Source of the DNA: Bacteroidota bacterium
GTDB lineage: Bacteria > Bacteroidota > Bacteroidia > Bacteroidales > FEN-979
Length of the DNA stretch: 64,000 nt
Reading direction: 5' to 3'
NCBI GenBank assembly: GCA_026391735.1
Contig: JAPLDL010000017.1
Coordinates: 11,522-75,521, forward strand
Shown here: positions 38,390-46,837 of the stretch, piece by piece
Layout of the letters: each line of letters starts with the position of its first letter
Numbering within the stretch: the stretch's first letter is position 1
The notes under the pieces: generated by a model
The model's input: the letters and a program-made list of their open reading frames with translations, nothing else
Database searches by the model: none
What the model was told of the DNA's origin: nothing
Made by a program: the position numbers and the translations under genes

Positions 38390-40474
38390 TCATACGCTGT
38401 CAAGTATTTCTATAAGTTCATCCAGCTTGAACGGCTTGGTTATATAACTGTTAATCCCGGCCTCATAACATTTTTCTTCATCATCTTTATCGGCATTGGC
38501 TGTGAGTGCACAGATATGGATTGTTCCTTTTGAAGGATCGGACTGTTCAATCTGCCTGATCTCCCTGCTGGCTTCAAGCCCATCCTGCTCCGGCATAAAA
38601 ATGTCCATCAGTATGAGGTCGTATTTGTTCTTTTTAAACATGGATACCGCAACCTGCCCATTCTCGGCGATGTCGATCTGGTGACCTAGTTTGCTCAGAG
38701 TAACCATTGCAACTTTCTGATTTATAAGATTATCCTCAGCAAGTAATATTCTCAGTTTCCTTACCTCGTGCCTGGCAACAGGTTTCTCAACCAAGCCTGC
38801 AAAAGGTTCAGGTGTTGTATTGCTTATCAGGTTGTGAAAAGTTTCAGCAAACTGGGATGGGATGAAGGGTCGTTTCAGCATGCAGCCGAACCCCATTTCA
38901 ATTACCTTTTGTCCCACGATGGTTCCCTGGTAATAAAGCAGGATCTTGCCGACCTCCGTCCAGGCCGGTCCGGGTTCAAATGAACCCTGCGCCGGTTCTG
39001 CAGCCTCGTAATCAACGATCACAAGATCCAATGGCTTTTTGATATTATGCCTGTGGGATATTTCCATGTAGCCGTCGGTCAGAGTCGAAAAATGTTCGGC
39101 TTCGCAATCCAGCCGGTTTAGAAAATCCAGCAGGATCATCGCCCTGGTTGGCGAAGGATCAATGATCATTACTTTCATTCCCTTGATCTTCTGATCGATC
39201 ACGGGGGGGGCCGAACCTGCAACTTTATCAAGAATGACATTGAATGTGAATGAAGAACCTTTTCCCGGAGCACTGTCGACATGAACCTCCCCTTTCATTT
39301 TGATAATAAGGTGTCTTGCTATGGCAAGACCCAGTCCGCTCCCTCCGTACTTGCCGGTTGAAGGACTGATGCGGGTGAATGAAGTGAAGATACGTTTCAA
39401 TGCCTCTTCCGAGATCCCAATACCGGTATCGGTAACCCTGAACTCGAGATTTACTGTCTCTTCATCCCAGGAAAGGAAATTGGCCATGATTGTGATCTCT
39501 CCATTTTCGGTGAATTTAACACCGTTATCGGCAAACACCCTGAGTACCTGCTTCAATCTTGCATAATCACCTCTGACCTGGAGGGGGATGTTCGGGTCGA
39601 CAGAAGAAATCACTTCCAGTTCCTTTTCCCTTGCTTCAGGGATAATTGTCGAGACCAGGTCTTCCATCAGTTCAAATACGCTGAACATACCGCTGTTAAG
39701 CTCTATCTGGTTTGCCTCAATTTTCAGGAAATCCATGATCGTGTTGAAGACCGACAGGAGGTTTGTGGCTGAATCGACTATAATTTCAAGGTATTCCATT
39801 TGTTCCGGCGAAAGCTCTGATTGCTTAAGGATCTCCGCCATACCTACAACGCCCGAGAGAGGGGTGTAGATCTCGTGGGCCATGGTAGCCAGGAAAGAAC
39901 TTTTTGCCTTGTTTGCCTCATCGGCTTTTTCAAATTCGCTCAGCAGGTTTTTCTCATGGACTTTCTTCCTCTCCACGTCCATTGTCACACCGAGCAGCCT
40001 TAAAGGTTTTCCAATGATATCCTTTTCAACGATCTTTCCTTTGTCGAACACCCACTTCCAGTCATCCATGGAGGTTTTAAGGCGATACTCTGATTCAAAA
40101 AAAGGCGTTGACCCGTTAAGGTGCCGGTCAAGGTTTTCATTAACTTCTGCAGCATCATCAGGGTGGATGAGCTCAAGGAAGGCCGAAAAGGTTGAAGGTA
40201 GCGCTTCCTGTTTCAGACCCAGCAGCAAAGCCATATTCCCGCTGTATTCCATTTTACCGCTTTTGAAATCCCAGTCCCACCAAGCCATCTGGCTGGCCTC
40301 AAACGCCATCGTCAGTCTCTCATTGACCTGGTTCAGATCACCAAATACCTGCTGAAGCCGGTCGTTCGATTTCTGGTAGGTTCGCTGTATCTCTTCCCAT
40401 TGCATGGAAGCAAGCCTCACAACTTTGAGTTTAGATTCAAGCTGTTGTATTCTTTTCTTCAAATCTTCTGACAT
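38390..40474 (-). CDS. soluble PAS-domain hybrid histidine kinase (coiled coil-PAS-HisKA-HATPase-pseudoREC-REC)
   Basis: WWDWD/IHPDD PAS3, HEIYTPL H-box, DTGIGI, GGSGLGLAI; terminal REC AEDN..LMD..TANA..KPF. Confidence 0.92.
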   Translation of the reverse strand: MSEDLKKRIQQLESKLKVVRLASMQWEEIQRTYQKSNDRLQQVFGDLNQVNERLTMAFEASQMAWWDWDFKSGKMEYSGNMALLLGLKQEALPSTFSAFLELIHPDDAAEVNENLDRHLNGSTPFFESEYRLKTSMDDWKWVFDKGKIVEKDIIGKPLRLLGVTMDVERKKVHEKNLLSEFEKADEANKAKSSFLATMAHEIYTPLSGVVGMAEILKQSELSPEQMEYLEIIVDSATNLLSVFNTIMDFLKIEANQIELNSGMFSVFELMEDLVSTIIPEAREKELEVISSVDPNIPLQVRGDYARLKQVLRVFADNGVKFTENGEITIMANFLSWDEETVNLEFRVTDTGIGISEEALKRIFTSFTRISPSTGKYGGSGLGLAIARHLIIKMKGEVHVDSAPGKGSSFTFNVILDKVAGSAPPVIDQKIKGMKVMIIDPSPTRAMILLDFLNRLDCEAEHFSTLTDGYMEISHRHNIKKPLDLVIVDYEAAEPAQGSFEPGPAWTEVGKILLYYQGTIVGQKVIEMGFGCMLKRPFIPSQFAETFHNLISNTTPEPFAGLVEKPVARHEVRKLRILLAEDNLINQKVAMVTLSKLGHQIDIAENGQVAVSMFKKNKYDLILMDIFMPEQDGLEASREIRQIEQSDPSKGTIHICALTANADKDDEEKCYEAGINSYITKPFKLDELIEILDSV

Positions 40475-40500
40475 GGGTCAATCGCTTTATATAAGCTTAA

Positions 40501-41298
40501 TTATCTTCTTTTTTTATCGGGATAAAGGATATCCAGTCCGCAACGCAGGTTCGATAGGTAGCGCAATGCATCTTCCACAAAGGCTTTCGGGATCACCGAC
40601 CCGTGCTGGGGAAGGATGGCTTCGATCGTGATGCCCTTTAAACGGTCAACATACCCCCTGGTGGCAATGTTCCCGGCCATATAATCCAGGTGAAAGAGGT
40701 TCATCTTGAACTCATGATTGTGAAAGTCGCTGATCACCAGTTTCCAGTCCATATCGATCGCTGCCCAGATGTCGCCTGAAAACAAATATTGTGATGTTTC
40801 GTCATAGGTTGTAAAAGCGCCCGGGAAATGCAGGAAAGGAGATTCAATAAATCGTATATTTCGCCCTGATGAAAACGTATAGGAAGAAAATTCGGTGATA
40901 TTAAAAAAGTTGTAATCATCCCTTCCGTAATGTGAAAGCAGAATATTTGTCCGCGTGCTGGTAATTACTTTCATTTCGGGGTTCACCTCGAGCCACCTCA
41001 CCATCGACCCGGCCACATCCGGGTCCTGGTGGCATAAGATCTGTGCCGAAACATGGGCAGGTACTATGATCTGCTCAACCCTGCGCCTGATAAAGTCGAA
41101 CACTTCGGCACCACCGGGATCTACAATTATAGCCTCGTCCCCATCGGTTATCAGGTAGGTATTGCATCGGAATGCCGAGTCCTCGGGAGTTCCCAGCCAG
41201 TAAACCGCATGGTGCTCATTCTGGTATAACGGAGTAGGTCGCTCCGTCATTTCATCAAAATTTTTGCTGAATTCAGCAAGATTCACTGTATTGCTCAT
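40501..41298 (-). CDS. oxygen-binding di-iron protein (ODP)-like MBL-fold protein
   Basis: CNTYLI, VDPGG, CHQDPDV, FLHFPG, FSGDI, PQHG; no flavodoxin domain. Confidence 0.8.
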   Translation of the reverse strand: MSNTVNLAEFSKNFDEMTERPTPLYQNEHHAVYWLGTPEDSAFRCNTYLITDGDEAIIVDPGGAEVFDFIRRRVEQIIVPAHVSAQILCHQDPDVAGSMVRWLEVNPEMKVITSTRTNILLSHYGRDDYNFFNITEFSSYTFSSGRNIRFIESPFLHFPGAFTTYDETSQYLFSGDIWAAIDMDWKLVISDFHNHEFKMNLFHLDYMAGNIATRGYVDRLKGITIEAILPQHGSVIPKAFVEDALRYLSNLRCGLDILYPDKKRR

Positions 41299-41304
41299 AG
41301 TCCA

Positions 41305-42012
41305 TTATGTTTCATTGTTATGCAGGCCGCATTCTTTTTTCGACCCATCCTCCCACCACCACCGGCCAGCCCTGAAATCCTCACCAGGCAGGATCGCCCT
41401 GGTGCAGGGTAGGCATCCTATACTCGGAAATCCCTTATCATGAAGGCTGTTGTATGGAATTTTCTTTGACCGTATCACCGACCAAACTTCCTCTTCTTTC
41501 CAGTTGATGAGGGGATTCAGCTTCAGGATCGACTGGGTTTCATCAAAATTCACCATCCCGACACCCGATCGTGCTGCAGATTGCTCCCTTCGCAAGCCGG
41601 TGATCCAAACCTTCATCCCCTTCAGCGCCCGGGTAAGCGGTTCAATTTTTCGAATATGACAGCACTCCTTGCGGTTTTCAACACTATCATAAAACAGGTT
41701 GATCCCTTTGGAATTCACCATGTTTTCCACCGAAAAGTGATCCGGAAAAAAGATTTCAATCTTAATATTGTATTTCTGTTCTGTAATGCGGATGAGATCG
41801 CAGGTCTCCTGAAACAGCCTGCCCGTGTCAAGGGTAAAAATCCGGATGGAGGGATAACCAGTTGAGATGATCTCTGTTAGAACCTGGTCTTCTGCTCCCA
41901 GGCTGGTCGAGAAAATACACTGTCCGGGGAAAAGATTGTTAAAATAACGCAAGGCTTCTTCGGGAGAAGCCGAAGACAGATCGTTATTATATTGTTCGAG
42001 AAATTCTTTCAT
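41305..42012 (-). CDS. cysH: APS/PAPS reductase (Fe-S-containing APS reductase type)
   Basis: LDTGRL, CCHIRK, TGLRREQS, SIGCLPCT, GRWWWE, KECGLH. Confidence 0.93.
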   Translation of the reverse strand: MKEFLEQYNNDLSSASPEEALRYFNNLFPGQCIFSTSLGAEDQVLTEIISTGYPSIRIFTLDTGRLFQETCDLIRITEQKYNIKIEIFFPDHFSVENMVNSKGINLFYDSVENRKECCHIRKIEPLTRALKGMKVWITGLRREQSAARSGVGMVNFDETQSILKLNPLINWKEEEVWSVIRSKKIPYNSLHDKGFPSIGCLPCTRAILPGEDFRAGRWWWEDGSKKECGLHNNET

Positions 42013-42116
42013 TTTTACCCGGAAAACGGATTTCAGAATGTGAAATTATGAAAATCCCGTGCTGAAAACAAATTCTGACATAATAATAAAATGTATTTTT
42101 GAAAAAACTACGATTT

Positions 42117-43478
42117 ATGAGGGTTCATTTCATTGCCATAGGGGGAAGTGCGATGCATAACCTTGCAATCGCGCTACATACAAAAGGGTACCTGGTGAGC
42201 GGAAGCGACGACGAGATCTTTGAACCTTCAAAGAGCCGTCTTCAGAAGCTTGGCCTGCTGCCTGCAACCGAAGGCTGGGATGTTTCCCGGATCACGACTG
42301 GCCTTGACGCGGTAATTTTAGGAATGCATGCAAAAGCCGACAATCCCGAGCTTTTAAAGGCGAAGGAGTTAGGATTAAAGATCTTTTCTTACCCTGAATT
42401 CCTGTATGAACAGTCAAAAGACAAAAAAAGGGTTGTGATAGGGGGCAGCCATGGCAAGACCACCATCACAGCTATGATCCTTCATGTTTTGCGCATAGCA
42501 GGCATCGACTGCGACTACATGGTAGGAGCCCAGCTTGAAGGATTCGATGTGATGGTAAGGCTCAGCGAAAACACCGGCATCATGATATTTGAAGGAGATG
42601 AATACCTGACCTCCCCTATTGACAGCCGGCCCAAATTCCACCTTTACAAACCCGATATAGCATTGATCAGCGGGATTGCCTGGGATCATATCAACGTTTT
42701 TCCCACCTTTGACATTTATGTAGAACAGTTCAGGGAGTTTATCAGGCTGATCACTCCGGGAGGAACCCTTATCTGGTGTTCAGATGATGACACCCTTGGC
42801 CGGATCTGCCCTGGTGCGCGGACTGATATAAGGCTTATCCCCTATTCGGTTCCTGAATATACTGTTTCGGATGGAGTAAGTTCAATGATTCAAAACGGGA
42901 ATACTTATACTTTAAAGATCTTCGGCCGGCATAACCTCATGAACCTTAACGGAGCCCGCCTGATATGCCGTGAACTGGGAGTTTCTGACGAGCAGTTCAT
43001 GAGTTCAATCAAATCCTTTAAAGGTGCTTCAAAAAGGCTTGAATTAATTGCGGGGAATTCACACACCAAGGTGTATAAAGATTTTGCACATGCCCCTTCC
43101 AAAGTTAAGGCTACCCTTGAGGCTGTCAGGGAACAATACCCCGGGAAACAGGTTGTAGCCTGCCTGGAACTTCATACTTACAGCAGCCTGAGCAAGGCAT
43201 TTCTGGCACAGTATACAGGCAGCCTCGACAAAGCTGATGTACCCATTGTTTATTTCAACCAGCACGCGATACAACTGAAACGCCTTCCTCAATTAACAGA
43301 AGAAGAAGTAAAAGAAGGTTTCAGTAATTCCCGGCTCGAAGTTTTTACAGATTCACAAGCCCTGCAGTCGAAGATGCTTTCGATTAAAAGGGAAAATACG
43401 GTCCTGCTTCTCATGAGCAGCGGCGACTATGACGGGATGGACATAGCGCAACTAGCTAAGCAGATAGTTGGAGAATGA
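42117..43478 (+). CDS. Mur ligase, murein peptide ligase (Mpl)-like
   Basis: HFIAIGGSAM, GSHGKTT, EGDEY, WDHINVF, DFAHAP. Confidence 0.85.
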   Translation: MRVHFIAIGGSAMHNLAIALHTKGYLVSGSDDEIFEPSKSRLQKLGLLPATEGWDVSRITTGLDAVILGMHAKADNPELLKAKELGLKIFSYPEFLYEQSKDKKRVVIGGSHGKTTITAMILHVLRIAGIDCDYMVGAQLEGFDVMVRLSENTGIMIFEGDEYLTSPIDSRPKFHLYKPDIALISGIAWDHINVFPTFDIYVEQFREFIRLITPGGTLIWCSDDDTLGRICPGARTDIRLIPYSVPEYTVSDGVSSMIQNGNTYTLKIFGRHNLMNLNGARLICRELGVSDEQFMSSIKSFKGASKRLELIAGNSHTKVYKDFAHAPSKVKATLEAVREQYPGKQVVACLELHTYSSLSKAFLAQYTGSLDKADVPIVYFNQHAIQLKRLPQLTEEEVKEGFSNSRLEVFTDSQALQSKMLSIKRENTVLLLMSSGDYDGMDIAQLAKQIVGE

Positions 43479-43503
43479 ATGTACAAAATACGAAATGCTC
43501 GCG

Positions 43504-45420
43504 TCATCCGTTCATCGAAATAAGGAACTCCTCATTTGTATCGGTGAATTTCATCTTCTCTTTCAGAAATTCCATAGCTTCAATCGGATTCATATCGGCC
43601 AGGTGGTTGCGAAGTATCCAGATCCGGCCGAGTACATCCTTGTCTAACAGGAGGTCTTCACGCCTTGTGCTGGAAGCAACGATATCCACGGCAGGCCAGA
43701 TCCGCTTGTTGGAGAGTTTCCTGTCGAGCTGGAGTTCCATGTTGCCGGTGCCTTTGAATTCTTCAAAGATCACTTCGTCCATCTTCGATCCTGTTTCAAT
43801 AAGTGCCGTTGCGATGATGGTAAGCGATCCTCCGTTCTCGATCTGCCTTGCAGCTCCGAAGAAACGTTTGGGTTTCTGAAGCGCATTAGCTTCAACGCCC
43901 CCCGAAAGCACTTTGCCTGAAGCAGGGGCAACAGTATTGTAAGCCCTTGCCAGACGAGTAATTGAGTCAAGCAGGATGACCACGTCATGGCCGCATTCTA
44001 CCAGCCTTTTGGCTTTTTCGAGCACGATATTGGAAATACGCGCATGCCTGTCGGCAGGTTCGTCAAACGTTGAAGCAATAACCTCTGCCCTGACACTTCT
44101 CTGCATATCAGTAACTTCCTCCGGACGCTCATCGATAAGCAATACGATCATATAAACATCGGGATGGTTGGCGGCGATAGCATTGGCGATTTCCTTCAGA
44201 AGCACTGTTTTACCGGTCTTCGGCTGAGCTACGATGAGTCCGCGCTGCCCGAATCCGATCGGGGCGAACATATCTATAATACGCGTCGACTGGGTACATT
44301 CGGGATGACCGGTAAGCTTGAATTTCTTCATTGGGAAAAGTGGCGTAAGGAAATCAAAAGGTATCCTGTCTCGCACTTCTTCGGGACTGCGTCCGTTGAT
44401 CAGCTCAACTTTAATAAGAGGGAAATATTTTTCACCTTCCTTTGGCGGACGAATAGTACCTCTCACCGAGTCACCGGTTTTCAAACCGAAAAGCTTGATC
44501 TGTGACTGGGAAACATAGATATCATCCGGCGAATTCAGATAATTATAATCTGAAGAACGGAGAAAACCATAGCCATCGGCCATGATCTCAAGAACTCCTT
44601 CGCTGGTAATGATCCCTTCGAATTCCCAGGAATATTCTTCCTTCGGTTCACGGGGTTCACGGGTTTCCCTGGCTTCCCTGGCTTCCCTGGGTTCCCTCTG
44701 ATCCCTCTGATCCCTTTGCTCCCTGGGAAACTTTCTTTGAAAATCCCTTCCGCGGCGTTCTTCCTGTGAGGACTGGGTCTGGGCTTCCTGGCCTCCGGGG
44801 GTTTCTGTGACTTCGCTCTGGTTTTCGGGCGCAACAACCGTGGTCTCGGTCTTGGGCACTTCATTATTCGGCTCCGAAAATTGTTCGAAAAGACTTACAG
44901 GTTCAGGTACAGGAACATAATCAAAATTTTCTCCAACAGGTTTTGCAACCTCAGGCTTTGTCTCCTGAGGCTGGCTTTCCTGGACTGGATTTACCTGGCC
45001 TGGATTTACCTGATTCACAGGACGATCCTTGGGTGTAAAATTACGTTTTTCCCGGGGTACAAAACCAGGTTTATCCTTACGGACAAAGTTTTGTTTTTCC
45101 CTGGGAACAAAATTCGGTTTTTCCTTTGGAACGAAGGCCGGCTTCTCTCCCTGAGGGGTTACCGGTTGATCGGTTTGGGGTACAACGGGTTTTTCCTGTC
45201 GGGGCTGGTCAGGGTTTTTCTTGGGCCTGCCGCGGAAACGTCTGACCTGGTTTTGCTCCTGTTCCAGGATGTCCTGGGTGGGATTGAGAGCCTGGTGGTC
45301 GAGGATTTTATAAACAAGATCCTGCTTTTCCAGTTTATCAACTTTGGGAATATTCAACTGGCGTCCAATTTCCCTTAACTCGTTCAGCTCTTTGCTGTCG
45401 AGTGAAATAATATCATACAT
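43504..45420 (-). CDS. rho: transcription termination factor Rho with a long low-complexity N-terminal insertion
   Basis: [53 protein letters not shown]. Confidence 0.98.
   Translation of the reverse strand: MYDIISLDSKELNELREIGRQLNIPKVDKLEKQDLVYKILDHQALNPTQDILEQEQNQVRRFRGRPKKNPDQPRQEKPVVPQTDQPVTPQGEKPAFVPKEKPNFVPREKQNFVRKDKPGFVPREKRNFTPKDRPVNQVNPGQVNPVQESQPQETKPEVAKPVGENFDYVPVPEPVSLFEQFSEPNNEVPKTETTVVAPENQSEVTETPGGQEAQTQSSQEERRGRDFQRKFPREQRDQRDQREPREAREARETREPREPKEEYSWEFEGIITSEGVLEIMADGYGFLRSSDYNYLNSPDDIYVSQSQIKLFGLKTGDSVRGTIRPPKEGEKYFPLIKVELINGRSPEEVRDRIPFDFLTPLFPMKKFKLTGHPECTQSTRIIDMFAPIGFGQRGLIVAQPKTGKTVLLKEIANAIAANHPDVYMIVLLIDERPEEVTDMQRSVRAEVIASTFDEPADRHARISNIVLEKAKRLVECGHDVVILLDSITRLARAYNTVAPASGKVLSGGVEANALQKPKRFFGAARQIENGGSLTIIATALIETGSKMDEVIFEEFKGTGNMELQLDRKLSNKRIWPAVDIVASSTRREDLLLDKDVLGRIWILRNHLADMNPIEAMEFLKEKMKFTDTNEEFLISMNG
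44641..44730 (-). repeat. 9-bp coding tandem repeat in rho ([27 protein letters not shown])
   Basis: Plus strand shows ctggcttcc, ctgatccct and cggggttca repeat units. Confidence 0.8.
45020..45150 (-). repeat. 24-bp (8-aa) degenerate coding repeat in the rho insertion
   Basis: [40 protein letters not shown]. Confidence 0.75.
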
Positions 45421-45531
45421 GTAAAAATGAATTTGGTTTTAGAATTACCATTAAATCAAATGGATGGAATTGTGTTTAAAGAGTTGTTCCTTGAATAAAA
45501 AATAATTGACTGATGGGAACGATATCGGCTA

Positions 45532-45539
45532 CAAAGATA
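45532..45539 (-). promoter_or_regulatory. -7 promoter element (TATCTTTG) for rho
   Basis: Matches TAnnTTTG, about 110 bp upstream of the ATG. Confidence 0.5.
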
Positions 45540-45624
45540 CATATTAAATTACCAAAGTCAAAAAAAATTCCCTCATTTTACAAAAAATGCCGACCTTTGC
45601 CCTGTATTAAAATCAGATTTATTT

Positions 45625-46098
45625 ATGATCCAACGTATTCAAAGCCTGTTCCTTGCCATCGCAGCAGCCGCCGCTGTCCTGATGTTTTTCTTCCCTGTGG
45701 CCGATTTCTACAGCGAGACCTTGGGAAATTATAAGCTTCTTGCCACCGGACTTAAATGCATGGATCCCGATCCTAAGATCCACACTTCCTTTTGGTTCAG
45801 CGCCCCGATGCTGGTATTTATCCTGGGTTCCGCTGCACTTTCTCTTCTAACCATTTTCCGGTATAAAAACCGGCCCCTGCAGATAAAGCTGCTGGCGTTT
45901 AACATCCTCATTACCATAGTCCTTGTAATCACGATACTGCTGTTCTACATGAATTCGGTGGAAAAACTTACAGGCATTAAACCCGAATACCAGTTCGGCG
46001 CCTTTTGCCCCCTCATCAACCTGATCTTCCTGATCCTTGCCAACCGGTTCATCCGCAAAGACGAAAGCCTGGTGAGGTCGGCCGACAGGCTCAGGTAA
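45625..46098 (+). CDS. DUF4293 family membrane protein
   Basis: MIQRIQSLFL, IFRYKNRPLQ, IRKDESLVRSADRLR. Confidence 0.9.
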   Translation: MIQRIQSLFLAIAAAAAVLMFFFPVADFYSETLGNYKLLATGLKCMDPDPKIHTSFWFSAPMLVFILGSAALSLLTIFRYKNRPLQIKLLAFNILITIVLVITILLFYMNSVEKLTGIKPEYQFGAFCPLINLIFLILANRFIRKDESLVRSADRLR

Positions 46099-46100
46099 AC

Positions 46101-46592
46101 TTACCTGGGAATATCCAGCACTTCCAGGTCTTTCATTTCTTTTCCCTCAATCTTAAGCCTCACTGCCGTAATGGAGTGGTGCATCCCGTAATTTCCGGCT
46201 GCACCAGGGTTGATATGGAGCAGTGAATGCTTCTGATCATAGATCACCTTTAGGATGTGAGAATGCCCGCATACGAACAAGCCGGGCTTTTCCAGTTCAA
46301 TTATTTTTTTTGACTGCGGATGATATCTTCCCGGGTATCCGCCGATATGTGTCATGAGGACCTTCAGCTTTTCGACCTCAAAAAGAAGTGTTTCGGGGCA
46401 GAGAGACCTGATCTTTGTCCCGTCGATGTTGCCATAGACAGCCCTCAGGGGTTTCAGCTTCTGCAACTCAAAGATCACTTCTTCAGAACCGATGTCGCCT
46501 GCATGCCAGATCTCATCCACTCCCGCAAGAAATGCCGCGATTTTCGGCAGCAGCCTGCCGTGAGTGTCGGAGATTATTCCTATGCTGATCAT
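46101..46592 (-). CDS. YfcE-like metallophosphoesterase
   Basis: ISDTH, HAGD, GNID, GHSH, NPG; TACTTTTG box at 46613-46620. Confidence 0.92.
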   Translation of the reverse strand: MISIGIISDTHGRLLPKIAAFLAGVDEIWHAGDIGSEEVIFELQKLKPLRAVYGNIDGTKIRSLCPETLLFEVEKLKVLMTHIGGYPGRYHPQSKKIIELEKPGLFVCGHSHILKVIYDQKHSLLHINPGAAGNYGMHHSITAVRLKIEGKEMKDLEVLDIPR

Positions 46593-46668
46593 GATTGTTG
46601 AAAACTGGGGCTCAAAAGTACGATTACGGCGTTAATATCACAGCGGGAATTGTTACTTTTACAACATT

Positions 46669-46825
46669 AAAAATGCATTCCTCGCGACAGGGAAACGCAT
46701 CCCGCTCACATCTTTACACCGCCGCTACGGTGCAGCGGAGCGATGTTACGGTATGCTAAGCCATAGCTTCAGAGGCTCCTTGCACCTGATGCGGCTTATG
46801 TAAAATGTTCGCAGAATTCATTTTT
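46669..46825. mobile_element. MITE-like / structured non-coding element in the rmuC leader
   Basis: 11/12-bp terminal inverted repeats (AAAAATGCATTC / GAATTCATTTTT), ACAAC near both ends, and an internal long hairpin capped by C-TACG-G. Confidence 0.5.
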
Positions 46826-46837
46826 ACAACTTACTTT

